Shown: positions 8,771 to 17,410 of the stretch, piece after piece | Numbering within the stretch: position 1 is the first letter of the stretch | Layout of the letters: each line of letters begins with the position of its first letter | IMG/VR virus record: IMGVR_UViG_3300043411_002784 | Strand: one strand, 5' to 3' | DNA length: 64,000 bases | Source: a virus | Taxonomy: Duplodnaviria; Heunggongvirae; Uroviricota; Caudoviricetes | Notes under the pieces: model-generated | Seen by the model: the letters and a program-made list of their open reading frames with translations, nothing else | Databases searched by the model: none | What the model was told of the DNA's origin: nothing | Position numbers and translations under genes: made by a program

Positions 8771-11526
8771 TGTCTGCGCCTCCTGCGAATTTTATAGAAC
8801 GCGCCCACTGGGCGCAGGTCTTACGTCGTCTGGACGTTCCGCCTGCAACCGACGTCCTGCCGGTCAAAACGAAATGCCCCGTGTGTCGGCAAGTCAAACT
8901 GACGGTCTACCAAGACGGCGTCGCCGGGGGCCAGCGGATGCACTGCAGCGCCGCTCAGTGCGGCTGGGCAGGCGATCCGATTCAACTGGCGGCCCGAACG
9001 TGGCGCGTCTCGATTCAATCCGCCGTCGCACGGCTGCAGCAGCTCCGCATCCCTGTGGCGACTGACCCCGAGAGCGTTTCTCAGTACGTCGCCTCGCTCG
9101 CTTATCGCAAGCAGGCCTTGGACTTCTGGCAGCAAGCACGCCAACGTTCCGTTCATCATAGCAACGCCGCTAGCCGTTTGGTACACGAGCTCGGCTGGGG
9201 CGACGAGCTGTCGCCGAGCCGTCGCAAAGAGGGCCCGGCCCGGCTTTTCGGCTGGGCGAAGCGAAACGCCGTCGAGCGGCTGTTCATGCCCAACGCCGCC
9301 GGGAAGACCGCCCACGACGTCACCAGCGCCGATCGCGTCTTCGTCGGCCGCAACTGGGGCGACGACGTGCTGATCGTTCCCTACTGGCAATTGCCCTACC
9401 AGCTAGCGGGCTTCATGTTCATCGGTCGCGACGGCGATCCGGCCAAGGACTTCGTCTTCCGCCGGCTGCGACTCCGCGTGGGGCGGGCACCGTTCGCCGA
9501 GGCGGGTCTGGCGATGCACACCCACGTCCCCCGGCGCACCGCCGGCGAGGACCGCCGCGTCCTGATGATGACCGACCTGGCCGCCGCCGTCGGCTGGCAA
9601 GTTCGCAACCTGGTCCGCAGCCCGACGCCGCTGCCGCTGGCCGTCTGGCACCGCGGACGCGACCCGAACTACAAGCTCGACGTGACGACGCGACACGCCT
9701 GGCAGTGGTTCCACGACCGCAAGCTCGTTTTCTGGATGCCGACGCCGGACGCCGGCTCGCTGGTGCAAGCCGCCCGGCTGGGAGCCGAGATCGTCTCGGA
9801 CGGCCCCGTGCACATGAGCTACGCCGACTACCTGCGTCGGCACTCGACGCCGTCCGCCGCCTGTCGTCGCCTGCTCGATCTGGCGCGCCCCTGGCGAACC
9901 GTGTTTGCGGAACTGCTGGAGACGCTGCCCGATCACGAGGCGCTCGACCTGCTGCTGCAGTTCCAGGCCGACGACTTCGACCTAGGCGACGTCCTGTCGC
10001 GCTGCCCCGTGCGGATCCGGCAACGGGCCGATCGCCTGCTGCCGCCGGCCCACTCGATGCGGACCGTCGCCCACAAGGGAGACGAGGTCTACGAGGAGGA
10101 CTGCTGCTGGTATCGCCATCGTCGTCCCGGACAGCCGAAGCGGCGACCCGAGCTGATCTGCAACGCTCTGATCCGCGTCAACGAAATCGTCACGTTCGCC
10201 CGGAGCCGCGAAGCCTACTACCGGGGCGAAGTCTTGTTCAAGCACGCGGCGTTCCCCTTTTGCGTCGATCGCAAGACGATCGAAGGCGGCACGTGGCGCT
10301 GGCTGCGGGACTTCCTCATCGAACAACAGGCGGGCGTGCTGCAGTACGATCCGACCTACGGCGACCTGCTCACCCTGGCCGCCCGCTTCCACCCGCCGGC
10401 GGTCCGCGAAGAGTCGTTCAGCGTCGGCTGGCGATCCGAGACGAGCGAGCTGGCGCTGCCGCAGTTCTCGCTCCGCAACGGCGGCGAGGCGACCGTGCGG
10501 AAAATGCTCCCCGTGCACGCCAAGATGCCGGGCGTCTGCCTGAACCCGCCGGCCGGCTGTTCGCCCGTCGAGATCGACGACCTGACCGCCGACCGGCAAG
10601 GCTCCCCGACGCTGTGGGCCGTCGTCGCCGCGACGCTGAGCAACATCCTGGGACCCATCTTCCACGAGCCGCGCGTCGCCGTCGGCCTCTGCGGGCAGGG
10701 GGCGACGTGGACGGGCGCCCTCGTGGCCGAGGCGTTCGGCTGTCGGCGGTTCGCCATCGGGAGCAAGCCCGAGCTGAGGACGGCCGCCCAGCAGTCGCTC
10801 GAACACCGCTGGCCCGCCTACTTCGACGTCAGCGAGTCGTTGGTGCGGCGGAGCATCCACGAATGGCTGCGGCAACGCGAGCACAATTGTCTGGTCAATC
10901 TTTCCGACTGGAACGCGATGGTCTGTCAGGCCGAAGGCTGCTGGCTCACCGTCTGGTCCGAACGCGGCTGGAACGGCGACAAGCTGCTCATCGACTCGCT
11001 GCGGCTCTTCCTGACGGCGTACCTGCAAGACTTGTTCGAGCGGCGACTCGACCTGCAGGCCCCGGCCAACGCCTCGCTCTGTCAGCAGTTGCTCTGCGAC
11101 CTGAGCGCGTACGCCTCCGCGTTGTCGCCGACCGGCGCGCGGATCCTCGAAGGAGCCAAGCTGCTGGGCGGCGACTCGCCGGCCGCCCGCGCCGAGGCCT
11201 TCGGAGCGTTGCTCAGCCGGATGTGCGACGAACGTCGCCTGCACATGCGACGCGTCGGCTTCGACGACTTCCTGCCCGTCAACAAACGCGAGACGCGACT
11301 TTACTACGACGACGACCAGCTCTTCGTCGCGCGCGAAACGATCGAACAGGTGCTCCGCGACGTCGGAGCCGTGCCGCTCCGCAATCTGCAGCTGACGCAG
11401 ACGCTGGCCGCGGCCGGGATCCTCCGCCAAGAGCGGCCCGAGGGTTGGTCGCTGTCGCGGGACTGGTGGGACGCCCATCGTCGCCGGCGGCGGGGCGACT
11501 ACTCGTCCCAGGCGGCCGCCGACTGA
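8737..11526 (+). CDS. large replication protein with an N-terminal CHC2 primase-type zinc finger
   Basis: KCPVCRQVKLTVYQD...MHCSAAQCGWAGDPIQLAA matches the DnaG-type CHC2 zinc-binding motif; no TOPRIM or Walker A recognised in the other roughly 800 aa; start could be the ATG at 8769. Confidence 0.55.
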   Translation: MTSPVESSLSDMSAPPANFIERAHWAQVLRRLDVPPATDVLPVKTKCPVCRQVKLTVYQDGVAGGQRMHCSAAQCGWAGDPIQLAARTWRVSIQSAVARLQQLRIPVATDPESVSQYVASLAYRKQALDFWQQARQRSVHHSNAASRLVHELGWGDELSPSRRKEGPARLFGWAKRNAVERLFMPNAAGKTAHDVTSADRVFVGRNWGDDVLIVPYWQLPYQLAGFMFIGRDGDPAKDFVFRRLRLRVGRAPFAEAGLAMHTHVPRRTAGEDRRVLMMTDLAAAVGWQVRNLVRSPTPLPLAVWHRGRDPNYKLDVTTRHAWQWFHDRKLVFWMPTPDAGSLVQAARLGAEIVSDGPVHMSYADYLRRHSTPSAACRRLLDLARPWRTVFAELLETLPDHEALDLLLQFQADDFDLGDVLSRCPVRIRQRADRLLPPAHSMRTVAHKGDEVYEEDCCWYRHRRPGQPKRRPELICNALIRVNEIVTFARSREAYYRGEVLFKHAAFPFCVDRKTIEGGTWRWLRDFLIEQQAGVLQYDPTYGDLLTLAARFHPPAVREESFSVGWRSETSELALPQFSLRNGGEATVRKMLPVHAKMPGVCLNPPAGCSPVEIDDLTADRQGSPTLWAVVAATLSNILGPIFHEPRVAVGLCGQGATWTGALVAEAFGCRRFAIGSKPELRTAAQQSLEHRWPAYFDVSESLVRRSIHEWLRQREHNCLVNLSDWNAMVCQAEGCWLTVWSERGWNGDKLLIDSLRLFLTAYLQDLFERRLDLQAPANASLCQQLLCDLSAYASALSPTGARILEGAKLLGGDSPAARAEAFGALLSRMCDERRLHMRRVGFDDFLPVNKRETRLYYDDDQLFVARETIEQVLRDVGAVPLRNLQLTQTLAAAGILRQERPEGWSLSRDWWDAHRRRRRGDYSSQAAAD

Positions 11527-13436
11527 GGCGAGACGGCCGCGAGCATTTCGGGCGTCAGTTCCAAGTTCCGCAAGATCCGCATGTCGGGCCACCGGTTCGC
11601 CCGGTAGAACAACGCGCAGGCTCCGATGTTCACCGCCTGGGCGAAGTCGTCGGGACCGGCCAGCTCGTCGCGAATGATCGTGTAGAGGTCGCTGCCCGTC
11701 CGGCTCTCGACGCGATCCTCGACCAGCGACAGGAAGTCGTGGAGCAGTCCCGGCTTGTCCGTGCTGACGAAGTCGTACTCGAAGAATTCCATGCGCTTCT
11801 GCTTGATCAGTTCGCAGATCATCACCAGCGAGCGCGCCTTGTCGACCTGATAATGGCCGCGCGTGCCCAGCTCTTCGTTGGGCGGCACGTACCGCATGAT
11901 CGGCCCGCGACCGGCCCGAATGTAGGCGATCGGAATCAGCTGATCCTGCGGAAAGCCCGCCTGCACAAGGATCTGTTCGCGGAGATCGCCGGCGCCCGTC
12001 CAGTCGTGGGCGATGTAGCGGCATCGCATCAGGATGGCGAGCTCCAGGACGCGCTGGGCTTCGGCCAGCGCGTTGTGCGTGATCCGCAGCCGTTCGCCGA
12101 AGAGCGTGACGATCCGCCCGTCGCCCGTCAGGCCCACCACGGTGATCACCGTGAAGCTGACCTGCTCCTTGCCGCCGCCGCCCCAGTCGACCGACATCAC
12201 GCGATCGACGCAGGAGCCGACGTGCTTGAGCGCCTCCTCGACCGTGTTGGGCCGCTTGCTCGACGCCTGCTTGAGATCCGTCTGGGTCACCAGGCGAGCT
12301 CCCGCGTCGAAGCTCTCGCCGCAGACTTCGTTGTAGTAGACGTACGGCACCTCGTTGTCCCGCTTGCCGATCAGCGTCGCCCACTTGATGGGATTGGCGT
12401 AGTGCATCGGCATCACGTGCTGCGGCACGTGGTACCCGGCGAACTCCTCGCGACGTTCGGGAAAATGATGCACCCAGTAGCCGTTGAGCCGCGGCTGCAC
12501 GGGCCGCTGACATTTGGCGCAGACGACCCCCGGCGTCGCCTCGGAGACCTCGCGCGTCACGAGGCTGGGCCCGGTCATCTTGTCGATGTGATGTTCGAGC
12601 GAAGGGATGTTTTCAAAGTTGCAGGCCAGACAGCGAATGTGCCACTGGGCCTGACTGCTTAATTGCCAGCGACCTTCTAGCGTTCCTGCCAAAGTTTTAG
12701 GCGTTCCTGCGAAAAGCTGCCATCCCCATTTAGATCCGGAAAGCGTCTCCATGATGACCGGCAGATGCTCGGGATCCATGTCCTGCGCTTCGTCGATCGA
12801 CACGGCGGAGGCGTTGATGCCGCGGACGCGATTGGCGTCGAGCATGGCGAACGAAAAGAACATCGTCGAGCGATTGATGAACGTTCGTTGCAGCACGTTC
12901 TGGCTGCAGCTCGCGTCGACCATCATATCGCGGATCGGCGACTCCTGAATAAAGTTCCGCACGTAGAGCGACGAGAACCGGCGGACCATTTCGAACAGGG
13001 GCGTCACGTACAATGTATTAAAATAAGGTATGGTTATCGATCTTGCGATTCCCTGCGACGCGAGCGTCGTGCTCTTGGAAACCTGTCGACCCGTCTTGAG
13101 CGTCTGTCGCTGGGGCAGCCGCGTCCGGAACATCGGCCCGAACGGAAAGTGATCGTTGAGCGTGTACGGCTCGCCGCTCAGGTTGAACATGATCGGGAGC
13201 AGCGGACCCAGATTAGGCAGCCCGCCTTGGCGCATCGTCGCGAAGAACTTCTGCATCCGCTCCGCGTCGCTCAGCTCGTGGAGCGGGCGTACGGGAGCCA
13301 GCCGCCGCTTGATCTCGGGCGTCGCGATCCGCTGCCCCGACTCGACGCGGCTCTGCAGCGCGTGCAGCGTCAGGTCTTCGCGGCTGTACGCTTGGCCGGC
13401 GACGTTGACCTGCCCGCCGGGTCTAATGACCGTCAT
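11499..13436 (-). CDS. terminase large subunit (lambda GpA-like)
   Basis: VSKSTTLAS is a GpA-type Walker A (KSARVGYS-like); VSIDEAQDMDPEHLP is a Walker B/coupling region; C-terminal nuclease domain; start chosen at the ATG with an AAGGA ribosome-binding site (13436) rather than the ORF-track start at 13556. Confidence 0.75.
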   Translation of the reverse strand: MTVIRPGGQVNVAGQAYSREDLTLHALQSRVESGQRIATPEIKRRLAPVRPLHELSDAERMQKFFATMRQGGLPNLGPLLPIMFNLSGEPYTLNDHFPFGPMFRTRLPQRQTLKTGRQVSKSTTLASQGIARSITIPYFNTLYVTPLFEMVRRFSSLYVRNFIQESPIRDMMVDASCSQNVLQRTFINRSTMFFSFAMLDANRVRGINASAVSIDEAQDMDPEHLPVIMETLSGSKWGWQLFAGTPKTLAGTLEGRWQLSSQAQWHIRCLACNFENIPSLEHHIDKMTGPSLVTREVSEATPGVVCAKCQRPVQPRLNGYWVHHFPERREEFAGYHVPQHVMPMHYANPIKWATLIGKRDNEVPYVYYNEVCGESFDAGARLVTQTDLKQASSKRPNTVEEALKHVGSCVDRVMSVDWGGGGKEQVSFTVITVVGLTGDGRIVTLFGERLRITHNALAEAQRVLELAILMRCRYIAHDWTGAGDLREQILVQAGFPQDQLIPIAYIRAGRGPIMRYVPPNEELGTRGHYQVDKARSLVMICELIKQKRMEFFEYDFVSTDKPGLLHDFLSLVEDRVESRTGSDLYTIIRDELAGPDDFAQAVNIGACALFYRANRWPDMRILRNLELTPEMLAAVSPQSAAAWDE

Positions 13437-13554
13437 CGGAATCCTTCCCTGGATTATTTTCGCGCGATAATCTTTCGCCCGGTCCCTGCCCGCGGCGACC
13501 CCATTGATACAATGAGCGCGGCGTCTTCGTCCACCGCACTTGAGGCTTTGCGAC

Positions 13555-13869
13555 ATGGCCGACTCATTGTCCGATTCGTTGTCCGAGTCCGTCAGTTACA
13601 TCCCGGAGGACCCCCTTTGCGGTCCGCAGCGCACCGTCGCCGTCCGCGATTACGGAGAGATCGCCGGCAGCGCCCGGACCTACATGGAGCGAACCAGCCG
13701 TCTGCAGCACACGCCGCTGCCCGCCGCCATGCTGACCCCGAGTCAGCTGCGCATCCACTCGACGCCGCTGGAAACAATCAATCCGTTCGCCGCTCTGGCC
13801 GATGCAGGAAGCGACGGCCTCACGGAGGAGTGGCCCCCGGCCGCTGCGCCAGAGGAGGAAGACGAGTAA
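13555..13869 (+). CDS. hypothetical small acidic protein
   Basis: ATG at 13555 in the divergent region upstream of the terminase; ends EEEDE. Confidence 0.4.
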   Translation: MADSLSDSLSESVSYIPEDPLCGPQRTVAVRDYGEIAGSARTYMERTSRLQHTPLPAAMLTPSQLRIHSTPLETINPFAALADAGSDGLTEEWPPAAAPEEEDE

Positions 13870-13880
13870 TTTGCTGTTGA

Positions 13881-13893
13881 GCGACTTAGTCGC
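13881..13893. repeat. 13-bp palindrome GCGACTTAGTCGC (operator-like)
   Basis: perfect inverted repeat 12 bp upstream of the ATG at 13905. Confidence 0.4.
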
Positions 13894-13904
13894 GGATAAA
13901 CGCC

Positions 13905-14069
13905 ATGAAGACTTACGGCAGCGGCGGATTGGCTTTGGCCATCGTCGGCGGATTTCTCGTACTAGCCCTACTTAACCTGGACTGGCGACCCCTCCTGGGG
14001 CTCGCCGTTTTCGCCTACGGCTATCATCACTCGCTGAAGCTCCTTTCGGGGCAGGCGGGGCGACGCTAG
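13905..14069 (+). CDS. small hydrophobic membrane protein (54 aa, holin-like candidate)
   Basis: MKTYGSGGLALAIVGGFLVLALLNLDWRPLLGLAVFAYGY: two predicted transmembrane segments; absent from the ORF track because it is under 60 aa. Confidence 0.4.
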   Translation: MKTYGSGGLALAIVGGFLVLALLNLDWRPLLGLAVFAYGYHHSLKLLSGQAGRR

Positions 14070-14091
14070 CCTAGGCCTGGAGATCAGACGC

Positions 14092-14439
14092 ATGGATGCT
14101 TTGGGCAACATACTCGTCGCCGCGCTCGCCACTTGGCAGCTCGTCGACATTATCCGTCACGCGGCCATCGCCGCTCCGATCCGGCTATGGGCCCAAGCGG
14201 CCGCCGACAGCGGCGGTCGCTGGGCCTTCGTCGGGAAGCTGCTGCTGTGTCCCTATTGCCTGTCCCACTGGGTAGCCGCCGCGTTCGTGCTGGCGCTGGC
14301 CTCGCCGTTGTCGCCCGTCCTGAAGCTGATCGCCCTGACGCTGGCCGTCACGCGCTTGGCCAACATAGGCAACGACCTACTCAAAAACATTGAACTCACC
14401 CCTAAAGCCGATGTCGAATCCGAACCCGACCCCGCCTAA
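14092..14439 (+). CDS. DUF1360-like small membrane protein
   Basis: hydrophobic segments plus a CPYCLSHWVAA motif typical of DUF1360. Confidence 0.5.
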   Translation: MDALGNILVAALATWQLVDIIRHAAIAAPIRLWAQAAADSGGRWAFVGKLLLCPYCLSHWVAAAFVLALASPLSPVLKLIALTLAVTRLANIGNDLLKNIELTPKADVESEPDPA

Positions 14440-15112
14440 ACGCGAGCGCCGTCGTCCGCCCGCCGCGCTGCCGGCGCTGACCTTCGACGAAGGACCCGAC
14501 GAAGCCACCGTCGCCGTCCAAAACGAACACCGTCGCGTCCGCGAAGCCGCGGCGATCCTGGCCCAGAACCCGACGCTGGAGGGCCTGCTCGCCCAGCTGA
14601 ACATTTCCCGCTGGGATTTCCTGATCGTGGGCGACGGCTCGGCGACGACCTGGAAGTATCCGGGCGGCTGGGCCAGCGTGCTGATCGCCAACTCGGGCGA
14701 GCGGAAGACCTTCTACGGCGGCACGAGCTGCCTGACGAACATCGTCGCCGAGCTGATGGCCTACGTGCATCCCCTGATGTTCCTCTCAGCGAATCTCAGC
14801 GAGGACCTCGTCCGCCACATCCACGTCGTCACCGACTGCGAGCACCTTCCCTACGCCGCGGAGCATCCCCAGAGCCGCAAGAAGAACCGCGAGATCTGGG
14901 CGATGGTCGACGCGTTCAAGTACCGGGGCCTCTCGATCCGCTGGCACTGGATTCCGCGGGACACGATCGACCTCAATCAGTTCTGCCACAACATGGCCAA
15001 TCAGAGCCGCGTGGCGATGAAAGAACAGAAGACGGCTCAATCGCTGTCGCCGCTGAACGTCCCGAGCGTCTACCGGCTGTCGCCCCGCACGCCGCCCGCG
15101 CCGCCGGCCTAG
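14411..15112 (+). CDS. RNase HI homologue
   Basis: VGDGS...GGWASVL...GERKTFYGG...TNIVAELMA...HVVTDCEH aligns with E. coli RnhA (TDGS...GGYGAIL...GREKTF...TNNRMELMA...STDSQY); the C-terminal catalytic H and D positions are substituted. Confidence 0.75.
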   Translation: MSNPNPTPPKRERRRPPAALPALTFDEGPDEATVAVQNEHRRVREAAAILAQNPTLEGLLAQLNISRWDFLIVGDGSATTWKYPGGWASVLIANSGERKTFYGGTSCLTNIVAELMAYVHPLMFLSANLSEDLVRHIHVVTDCEHLPYAAEHPQSRKKNREIWAMVDAFKYRGLSIRWHWIPRDTIDLNQFCHNMANQSRVAMKEQKTAQSLSPLNVPSVYRLSPRTPPAPPA

Positions 15113-15205
15113 ATTGCTTCCCGGTGCGCTTTCGACTCAGAATGAAGGGGTCACGGAAGATCCTGTTTCGAGTCCCGTATCCGCCACATGACCAAGGAGG
15201 GTCCC

Positions 15206-15874
15206 ATGGTGCGATCAGTTCTCGCGGCCGCCGTTTGGCTGTCGCTGTCCCTGCCGCTCGTCGCGCAGCAGCCCGTCGCCCCCAACGCCCAGTTCTGGAG
15301 CGACTACTTCTTCAAGCACAGCGTCTCCGTCCACGTCACGGAAGCCGACGGCCAGTACATGGGCTCGGGAGCCATCATCCAGTACGCCGGGGTGGTGGCG
15401 ATCGTCACCAACAACCACGTCGTCAACACGGGCACCCGCTCGGTCAGCGTCAAGTTCGCCGACGGCGTCAGCTCCCCCGCCCGCCTGATCGGCACCGGGC
15501 GCCGCGACGCCAGCTCCGAAGACGTCAGCGTGCTGATCCCTGCCAGACCCCTGGCCCAGGGCGCCCCCTTGGGCTGCATGCAAGGCGACGAACGGATCTG
15601 GGCGACCGGCTTCGGCACCCGCTACAAGGTGCACCGCGGCAAGTTCATCGGCCCGGACTCCGCCGACCCCGGCTTGCCCTTTCCCTCCGTGCTCCTGTCG
15701 TATCAGCCGATCTCGGGCGACAGCGGCGGCGGGATCTATAACGAACGGGGCGAGGTGATCGGCGTCCACTGGGGCCACAACTACTCCGAGGGCCTCGGCG
15801 CGGTGGGCAAGCCGTTCGTCAACATCGTGACGCAGTCGATTCTTCGTTACAAACAGCAAGCAGGTATTCCGTGA
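15206..15874 (+). CDS. secreted trypsin-like (S1) serine protease
   Basis: signal peptide MVRSVLAAAVWLSLSLPLVAQQ; catalytic TNNHVV (His) and GDSGGG (Ser) motifs; AAGGAGG ribosome-binding site 5 nt before the ATG at 15206. Confidence 0.8.
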   Translation: MVRSVLAAAVWLSLSLPLVAQQPVAPNAQFWSDYFFKHSVSVHVTEADGQYMGSGAIIQYAGVVAIVTNNHVVNTGTRSVSVKFADGVSSPARLIGTGRRDASSEDVSVLIPARPLAQGAPLGCMQGDERIWATGFGTRYKVHRGKFIGPDSADPGLPFPSVLLSYQPISGDSGGGIYNERGEVIGVHWGHNYSEGLGAVGKPFVNIVTQSILRYKQQAGIP

Positions 15875-16238
15875 ACGACTCCACCACCCTGGAGCCGCCG
15901 CAGACCCGACCAGCCAACCTGGCCGGGTCTTATTCTTGGCGAGCCAAGTTCTTGGCCAACCGCACCTTTCGCCGCCGACTGGAGCGGGCTCAGCGAATAG
16001 CCCGTCACAGGCTCTGGCAGGCCCGTAGGCAGCAGGCCCGTCCGGACAGCCCGGACCCCGTCTAAACAGCTCCGCGCGGCTCAGCGAACAGCACCGAGGC
16101 TGAGGTGGGCTTTTATAGCCTCAGCAACGCGGTCCATTTGCGCCTAGACTTGCGCGCAGAGAAATCTTGACCAAGACAGGCACCCAGCCTGGAAGCTCTT
16201 AGCGGGCCTCCTGGGCGTTCTCACAGCCGTCAGCGACA

Positions 16239-16282
16239 AGTGTTAGAAAACAGTAAGAAAAGTGTTAGCGCAGCGTTAGATG
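16239..16282. repeat. direct repeats AAGTGTTAG (two copies, 22 bp apart) plus GCGTTAG; iteron-like
   Basis: seen in the 390-bp non-coding island 16066-16454. Confidence 0.4.
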
Positions 16283-16379
16283 CTTTTCTTCTCCCCGATC
16301 CCACTCCACTCAGGGCGGGGGAGGGTGGCGCAGGCGGAGCCGTAGCCGCCCGACCTGCCGCCCAATGGGTCCCCTTAGG

Positions 16380-16432
16380 GGATTATAATAACTTTCCGAA
16401 CTATAGTCACTTGGCGTCTATTATAATAAAAC
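16380..16432 (+). promoter_or_regulatory. AT-rich box pair GATTATAATAAC / TATTATAATAAA (contains TATAAT) upstream of the gene at 16455
   Basis: the only extended AT-rich segment in this intergenic region; the two boxes are about 40 bp apart. Confidence 0.4.
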
Positions 16433-16454
16433 CCGTAACGGTACCATTGCTGGC

Positions 16455-17396
16455 ATGTCAGAGCTTAAACGATTCAAGATTGTCGGCGTGTCTCACAAGG
16501 CTGAACACAAGGCCGGGAGATATGCACTCAGCTCGGTGCTGGCCACAGCCGCCGTGGAGGGTACGGACGCCGTCGTCGCGACGGCGGTGGCATCGCTGTT
16601 TGATCGGCGACGCCACCGCCTGCTGAAACTTCGTGAAGCTGGTTATTCGGCGTTTCAAGACGAAAGGCTTTTCACCTACACGATGAATTGCCCGCCCGTG
16701 GGCGTGCTGACGAACCGGCTGGCCATGATCCCCTGTTCTCGCGTGCCGCTATGCCCGTTCTGCTGGTGCCGTCGTTACGTCGGCACCACGCTGAAGCGGT
16801 ATCAAAACTATCTGCTCCCTGTCGGCGCGCCGCACCTTCGCGTGGAGCTGGTCGAGATCAAGACCAGCTGGATCTTGTCGTTTGAGCGTTGGTCGGTGCC
16901 CGACGTCTTCACGTTTGCCAAAGACTCGCGATCGTGTCGGCTGCCGCTCAGCTCCAAGCAGCCAGGCGGCACGGTGCTGACCGCCGTCGACGTCGTCGAG
17001 TCAGGCTGGCGCGTGTCGCATCATGCTTTGGTCGTCCGCGCCGAACAGCCGGCGGCCTATGAGTATCCGCTCGTGCAGCCTGAAGGTTCTGAAGGGGCGA
17101 AGCCGCACCGGTCGTTGCGACGGACGCGACTTTGGTACGCCGTCGACGAAGAGCCGGCCGGCGCGCCTGCCTGGATTTTGAACGCGGCGATTGGCCGCTT
17201 GGCTCGCTATCCTGAGGGCCTATTGTCCGGCGACGCCGGCAAGGTCTGCGAATTGCTCAACTACATGCGAGCGAAACGCCTCCGCCTGCTAGAACATTAC
17301 GGCGTGCTGCGCGGCAAGCTGGAAGCGGATTTGCCTGAGACCACGGTCGCCGACGACTTGTCAGACAGTGAAGGATTATCACGTGAAAACTTTTAA
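16455..17396 (+). CDS. hypothetical protein (Cys cluster CPFCWC; possible initiator or regulator)
   Basis: 313-aa ORF directly downstream of the repeat and AT-rich island. Confidence 0.5.
   Translation: MSELKRFKIVGVSHKAEHKAGRYALSSVLATAAVEGTDAVVATAVASLFDRRRHRLLKLREAGYSAFQDERLFTYTMNCPPVGVLTNRLAMIPCSRVPLCPFCWCRRYVGTTLKRYQNYLLPVGAPHLRVELVEIKTSWILSFERWSVPDVFTFAKDSRSCRLPLSSKQPGGTVLTAVDVVESGWRVSHHALVVRAEQPAAYEYPLVQPEGSEGAKPHRSLRRTRLWYAVDEEPAGAPAWILNAAIGRLARYPEGLLSGDAGKVCELLNYMRAKRLRLLEHYGVLRGKLEADLPETTVADDLSDSEGLSRENF
17373..17390. repeat. TTATCACGTGAAAAC element copy
   Basis: GGATTATCACGTGAAAAC at the 3' end of the 16455 gene, 21 bp upstream of the ATG at 17411; exact reverse complement of the copy at 32834. 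Confidence 0.6.
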
Positions 17397-17410
17397 GGAG
17401 GAGCTCCGCC

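Noticed and set aside
9705-12662. 985-aa plus-strand ORF and 843-aa minus-strand ORF (9982..12513) spanning the zinc-finger replication gene and the terminase
   Set aside because: Translations are Arg/Ala/Gly/Pro-rich low-complexity sequence typical of out-of-frame or antisense reading of GC-rich coding DNA. They fully overlap genes with clear motifs.
13540-13556. ORF-track start for the terminase at 13556 and for the divergent gene at 13540
   Set aside because: Using them would make the two divergent genes overlap at their 5' ends. The internal ATGs, with an AAGGA ribosome-binding site for the terminase at 13436, leave a sensible 118-bp divergent promoter region.
15871-16065. 64-aa GTG-start ORF after the protease
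   Set aside because: Arg-rich, no ribosome-binding site, weak coding signal. Could be real but is unsupported.
16099-16126. hairpin GCTGAGG...CCTCAGC
   Set aside because: 7-bp stem with a 13-nt loop and no U-tract; weak as a terminator.
16240-16626. 128-aa ORF across the non-coding island
   Set aside because: It starts inside the repeat/AT-rich region, overlaps the better-supported 16455 gene in another frame, and has no ribosome-binding site or coding bias.
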